Of a stretch of DNA of 64,000 bases, positions 59,948 through 64,000 are shown piece by piece. Both the position numbers and the translations under genes were made by a program. The notes under the pieces were generated by a model. The model made no database searches and had not been told where the DNA came from. It saw nothing but the letters and a program-made list of their open reading frames with translations. Origin of the DNA: Paraspadella gotoi (lineage: Eukaryota; Animalia; Chaetognatha); contig CM119270.1 of assembly GCA_051294375.1 (NCBI GenBank), positions 20,730,417 to 20,794,416 on the forward strand, given 5' to 3'. Each line of letters starts with the position of its first letter. The stretch's first letter is position 1.

Positions 59948-62279
59948 ATGGGCAAATTTCGACAAGTCGCTTACGGTCTGACCCTCTTGTCGGAAAAAAT
60001 GAAGGAGGACATGACCAAGGACAAACTGAGACGATTGGAGGAAGACAAAGAATTCGAGAAGGACAAAGATGTTAAGAGCGACGACGACGACGACGACGAC
60101 GACGACTGCTGCGATTTTAATCAGGACAAAGAGAGAACTTGCGTCACGGGGATGATATTCGATTTGCTGTGGTGAGTGATGGAGAGGATGTAATTGGAAA
60201 TTGGGGAAATCCGGGTGGGAGGGGAGAAATTTTAAAGCGCGTTTGTTTATTATTTGATATTTTAATTAAATGTTAAAAAGTTAAGATGTTAAATGTTAAA
60301 TGTTAAATGTTAAGATGTTAAAAAGTTTGTGTGGATACTATCAGTGTGGGGGCTGTCCAGTAGTGCCCACACTTAGTGTGCCCAGTGGGTCTTAGAGATT
60401 GTTCCGTCAGTTGTCTTGCTTTCCAGAACTGCGGATCCGACAGGAGGCTTTTTTAAAGGCTTATTTAAAGGGACCCTAACTTTATAAGTTTATTTTATAA
60501 TAAACGAGCTTCATTAACTTTGTTAACTTTCATTGCTGCTAAAAACATTTTTAAGTTTTTAATTCTTGTTTGCAGATGCTCACTCAATGTATTTGATAAT
60601 TCTATGAATGTTTTAAAATGTCTTTAAATGTATTATGCATTTATTTATGTAATTAATTATTTAATTTAAGGTTCATGGGCATCTCCGGTGTGTTCCACAT
60701 GCGCATCGACAACTGGCACGACGAAGAAGAAGACAAAATCAAGAATAAAGTTCAACTCGGCGCAAAAGGAGTCACCAAAGTCTCGGAAAATAAAGGTCAC
60801 TCTTTGGCCATAATACTCAAAAGTGGCCCATTTCAGTTTAAATTCAGAATTTCAAGGATTAGGTTAAGGGTTGGGGATATAGAATTTGTTAGGGATTTGG
60901 TTAGGGTAGTTTAGGGTTAAGGGATGAGGTTAGGCATTCGGGTTATGGATTAGTCTTTGGGATAGTCTTGGATTAGTATTAAAAGTTTGGGTCAAAATTA
61001 AATTCATGGAAAATTGGGCGCTTTTACTAGAAAAAAGTGCCCAGTTTTATATTTATTTTAGGTCTTTTTTGTTTTCATTTTTTTAAACTATTTTGAAAGT
61101 GTTTTAAACTTTGAATCCATTATATTAATTAAAATACTTAAATCCAGTGACGTACATTGAAGAAGTGAAGATTCCCGAGTCACTAGAAAATAGAAATTAT
61201 TGTCACGAAGTCGCGGTGACTGAAAGAATCGAGATGAAGACTGGGAAAATTCCGTTCAAGTTCGTACTTTGGGGAGTTTGGTAAGTGAATTTTGGGTAAA
61301 AGATTGAGTGATGAATCATTAATTTGTGAGTAGCAAGTTGGTGAATTACAGTTTAATGAGAACTAGTTTTCGGAGCTTGTTTGGTGGCTCTACCGTGGTT
61401 TTGTGAGTTATAGTTTGATAAATACTAGAGGCGAGTCATTGTTAGATGTGTTCTTATTTTTCGAGTCATTTTTGGGTTTTTTATGTCATATTTAAAGATT
61501 GTGAGACAAATTGGCACATCTTAAACATTCGCTTATTCCATTATTCAACCTCCTACCCACCCTTTTAATCACAGTTGGCCAGTGCAGAAAGTGTACAGCT
61601 TCGTTGTGATGTTATTGCTCTGGTATTTCCTCGTTCGCTCTTTCTTTATCCTCGGCGTTGGAAAACAAGAATTGCTTTTCATCTTGGATAAAACGAGTGG
61701 AATCTCCTGGGTTTTTCTCTGCGCCGTCTCTGCCACCATTTTGTTCAGGGCGGGTGAGATGATGATGATGATCATGATGATGATGATCACGATGATTTTA
61801 AAAATGATGATGATTTTTATGATTGTAAGTTTGTATGATTGTATATTTGCGATAATGGTGATGATGATGACAATGAACCTAGTAATGATAGTAATAATAT
61901 TAATGATCACGATAACTTTCTTCCCGACAGGCCATTGTAACGAAAAGATGCGCAAGTTCTTCATGACTTGGCTTCGCTACAGTGAATGTAACGATATGAC
62001 AAAATTGGCCAAATGCATCAAGGTATCCTCGTGGTTCAGCATCATTGCAGTTTCCATTGGTGTCGCCGTCAACATGACCTTTTTCATGGTGAGAGAGAGG
62101 AATTTTCAAAGGACGAGGCCGGGCAATATCTATATTGATATTAATATAAATTATATAAAATAAATATTAATATTCTGATCACTCAATAACAAACATTTTT
62201 GATTTTTCAGTTGGCGATTTTTTACTTCGGAACGAATGCAAAGATGAACGCAGCGTTGAAAAGTCTTTCTGTCGAGTTA

Positions 62280-62356
<77 letters not shown>

Positions 62357-63939
62357 CATTATTATTATTATTATCCTTTTAAAAAACATACCAATTAGCT
62401 TGGTCCACATTTTTCCGCATTTATTAATTTTATTTCTTCTTTTTTTTTTAGTTTCTTCAGCGAACCTTTTTATACTCATTACATGGAACGAAACGGTTTG
62501 CAAAATCAGACGGCCAACTATACTGGAACCATGTATCTGAAGGTGATACAGGGTGATTGAAAAAGTATTTGAGGTACACTATTAATATACTTTAAACGAA
62601 TAAACAGGAAACTCCGGGTTTAACGATCATCACATTTCTTGCGTTACTTTACTGTAATTTGGCCTGGCTCTTGGCTCCCGTCCTTTTCCACATTATTTGC
62701 CACATTCTTGATTACGAACTTAAGACGCTAAAGGTAATAATAAATAATATTAAATAATGAGATAAATAATAATAATAAAGAAAATTAAGATTAGATAAGA
62801 AAAGAGTTTTCTTAGTCAATTTTTTTTAAAAATTGGTAAATATATATTATCTTTTCTTCAAACCACTTTTCAATCCCAGACCCACTACGACGAGCACATC
62901 CTCACTCCCTCCAACATCCGGGGAGCGAAGATTCTCCGTATCTTCGAGAGTCTCCGCGCTCGACACGCCGGCCTCTGCGACCTCATCGCGATTGTGGACG
63001 ACATCTTCGCTTCCTTCATCTTTTGCTCCTTCATGTGCAATCTCATTATGGCTTGCTCCCTTTGCTTTAGGATCATAAAGACGGCGACGGTAGAGTAGAG
63101 GGTAGAAGGGTAGGAGGCCTTATAAATGATAAATTTTATCATTTTCATGAAAATATTAAAATTTTATTATTATCTTTAAAATTTTATACATCTAATGTAT
63201 GTATAATAATAATTTTATAAACATGTATCTTTTAGATTTGTACCAATTTTACATATTTGATTTTTCAATTAAATATGAATATTTTTTGATTTGTATCTAT
63301 TTATTAACAAATTTATTAGTTTGGATTAAAAAAATAAGCTTTGTAAAAGCATGTACAAGCATTTTTAAATATTGTAAAAATTAATTTAATAATTTATTAT
63401 TGAAGTAATCCTTTATTTTTCGTTGTTACTATTAATTAGAGAATTGACAAAGTTTTTGTTTGCAACGAATTTTATTTATAGTTGAACAGACATGTTTCGA
63501 CTTGTTTTACAAGTCTTCATCAGCGTCTGTTCAACTATAAATAAAATTCGTTGCAAACAAAAACTTTGTCAATTATCTAAATAATTTATTTAAAAAATTA
63601 TAACAAAAATAAATCATTCAAAAAATTATTTTAAAACATAAAATACGGTATGTAATAGATAAACTATTATTCACTTATTGTTGATATTAAATCCTAAGAC
63701 ATACAGTTAATCCCGTACAATGAATATTCAAATTATTACACCCTTTACTCCCCCCCTTAAAACAGTCGGGCGATGCCATTTCCGTCATAACCCCCAGCGT
63801 CTGGATGGCGATGGCTTTCATCCATCTATCCATCGTCTGCATCGGAAGCGGAAAAGTCAACGACTCTGCGCATGCGCTCAACGACAGCGTTTACTTAACG
63901 TCGTTCAAGAAAGGAGCCAACGCGGAGTTGTTGAATAAG
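59948..63939 (+). CDS. Gustatory-receptor-like (GRL / 7TM ion channel) protein B; last two exons lie beyond the window
   Basis: Exons 59948-60171, 60671-60795, 61148-61280, 61575-61753, 61931-62088, 62211-62275, 62452-62542, 62608-62733, 62880-63089, 63766-63939. Exons 3-10 have the same lengths as in GRL-A (133, 179, 158, 65, 91, 126, 210, 174). Shared motifs: PVQK.Y, RKFF.TWLRYSE, SNIRGAKILR.FES.RARHAGLCDLIAIVDDIF, GSGKVNDSAHAL. Confidence 0.88.
62281..62374. repeat. (TTA)n microsatellite in GRL-B intron 6
   Basis: Direct reading. Confidence 0.95.
63442..63574. repeat. Perfect 50-bp inverted repeat with a 33-nt spacer
   Basis: 63442-63491 is the exact reverse complement of 63525-63574. 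Confidence 0.92.
63485..63528 (-). ncRNA. Minimal type I hammerhead ribozyme of the Penelope-like-element kind
   Basis: The minus strand reads gacg-CTGATGA-a-gacttgt-aaa-acaagtc-GAAA-catGTC-tgtt. This gives an intact core, a 7-bp stem II, a palindromic ACATGT stem III, a GUC cleavage triplet and a short stem I. Confidence 0.8.
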
Positions 63940-64000
63940 GTTGTGGGGGAGGGGTGGAGTCGAAGGATGAGTTTTTAAACAAAGTTGGGTAGAAATATGG

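Noticed and set aside
60340-60450. GC-rich intronic patch with an agtgtggg/cccacact hairpin (similar patches at 52500-52590 and 59680-59770)
   Set aside because: No second copy or recognisable ribozyme or ncRNA core is visible; most likely repeat fragments.
60855-60975. TTAGGG-like repeats (also near 22290 and 58255)
   Set aside because: Highly degenerate and intronic or intergenic; not a telomeric array.

Overview
AT-rich, intron-rich, microsatellite-laden genomic DNA from an invertebrate animal. It is a draft assembly with N gaps and an indel-riddled stretch at about 28.4-47.6 kb. Genes were reconstructed by hand from splice sites and reading phase: (1) the first four coding exons of a VEGFR/PVR-like Ig receptor (- strand); (2) an 18-exon, ~1031-aa DEG/ENaC (ASIC-like) channel with a ~450-aa insertion in the knuckle domain, QG in place of HG and GAT in place of GAS; (3) a CCSAP homolog; (4) two tandem gustatory-receptor-like (GRL/7TMIC) paralogs plus two error-laden partial copies; (5) two intronless, paralogous, divergent XK-related multi-pass membrane ORFs. 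The 901-aa ORF lies between the GRLs, and a 5'-damaged 606-aa ORF lies antisense in the apparent intron of the VEGFR-like gene. Non-coding features include a Penelope-type hammerhead ribozyme core in the loop of a perfect 50-bp hairpin, a TSD-flanked retroposed tRNA-Leu 3' half, an inverted pair of tRNA-derived SINEs around one exon, Helentron/HINE-like elements and an exon-derived tandem repeat. All homology calls come from motif recognition by eye; no searches were run.
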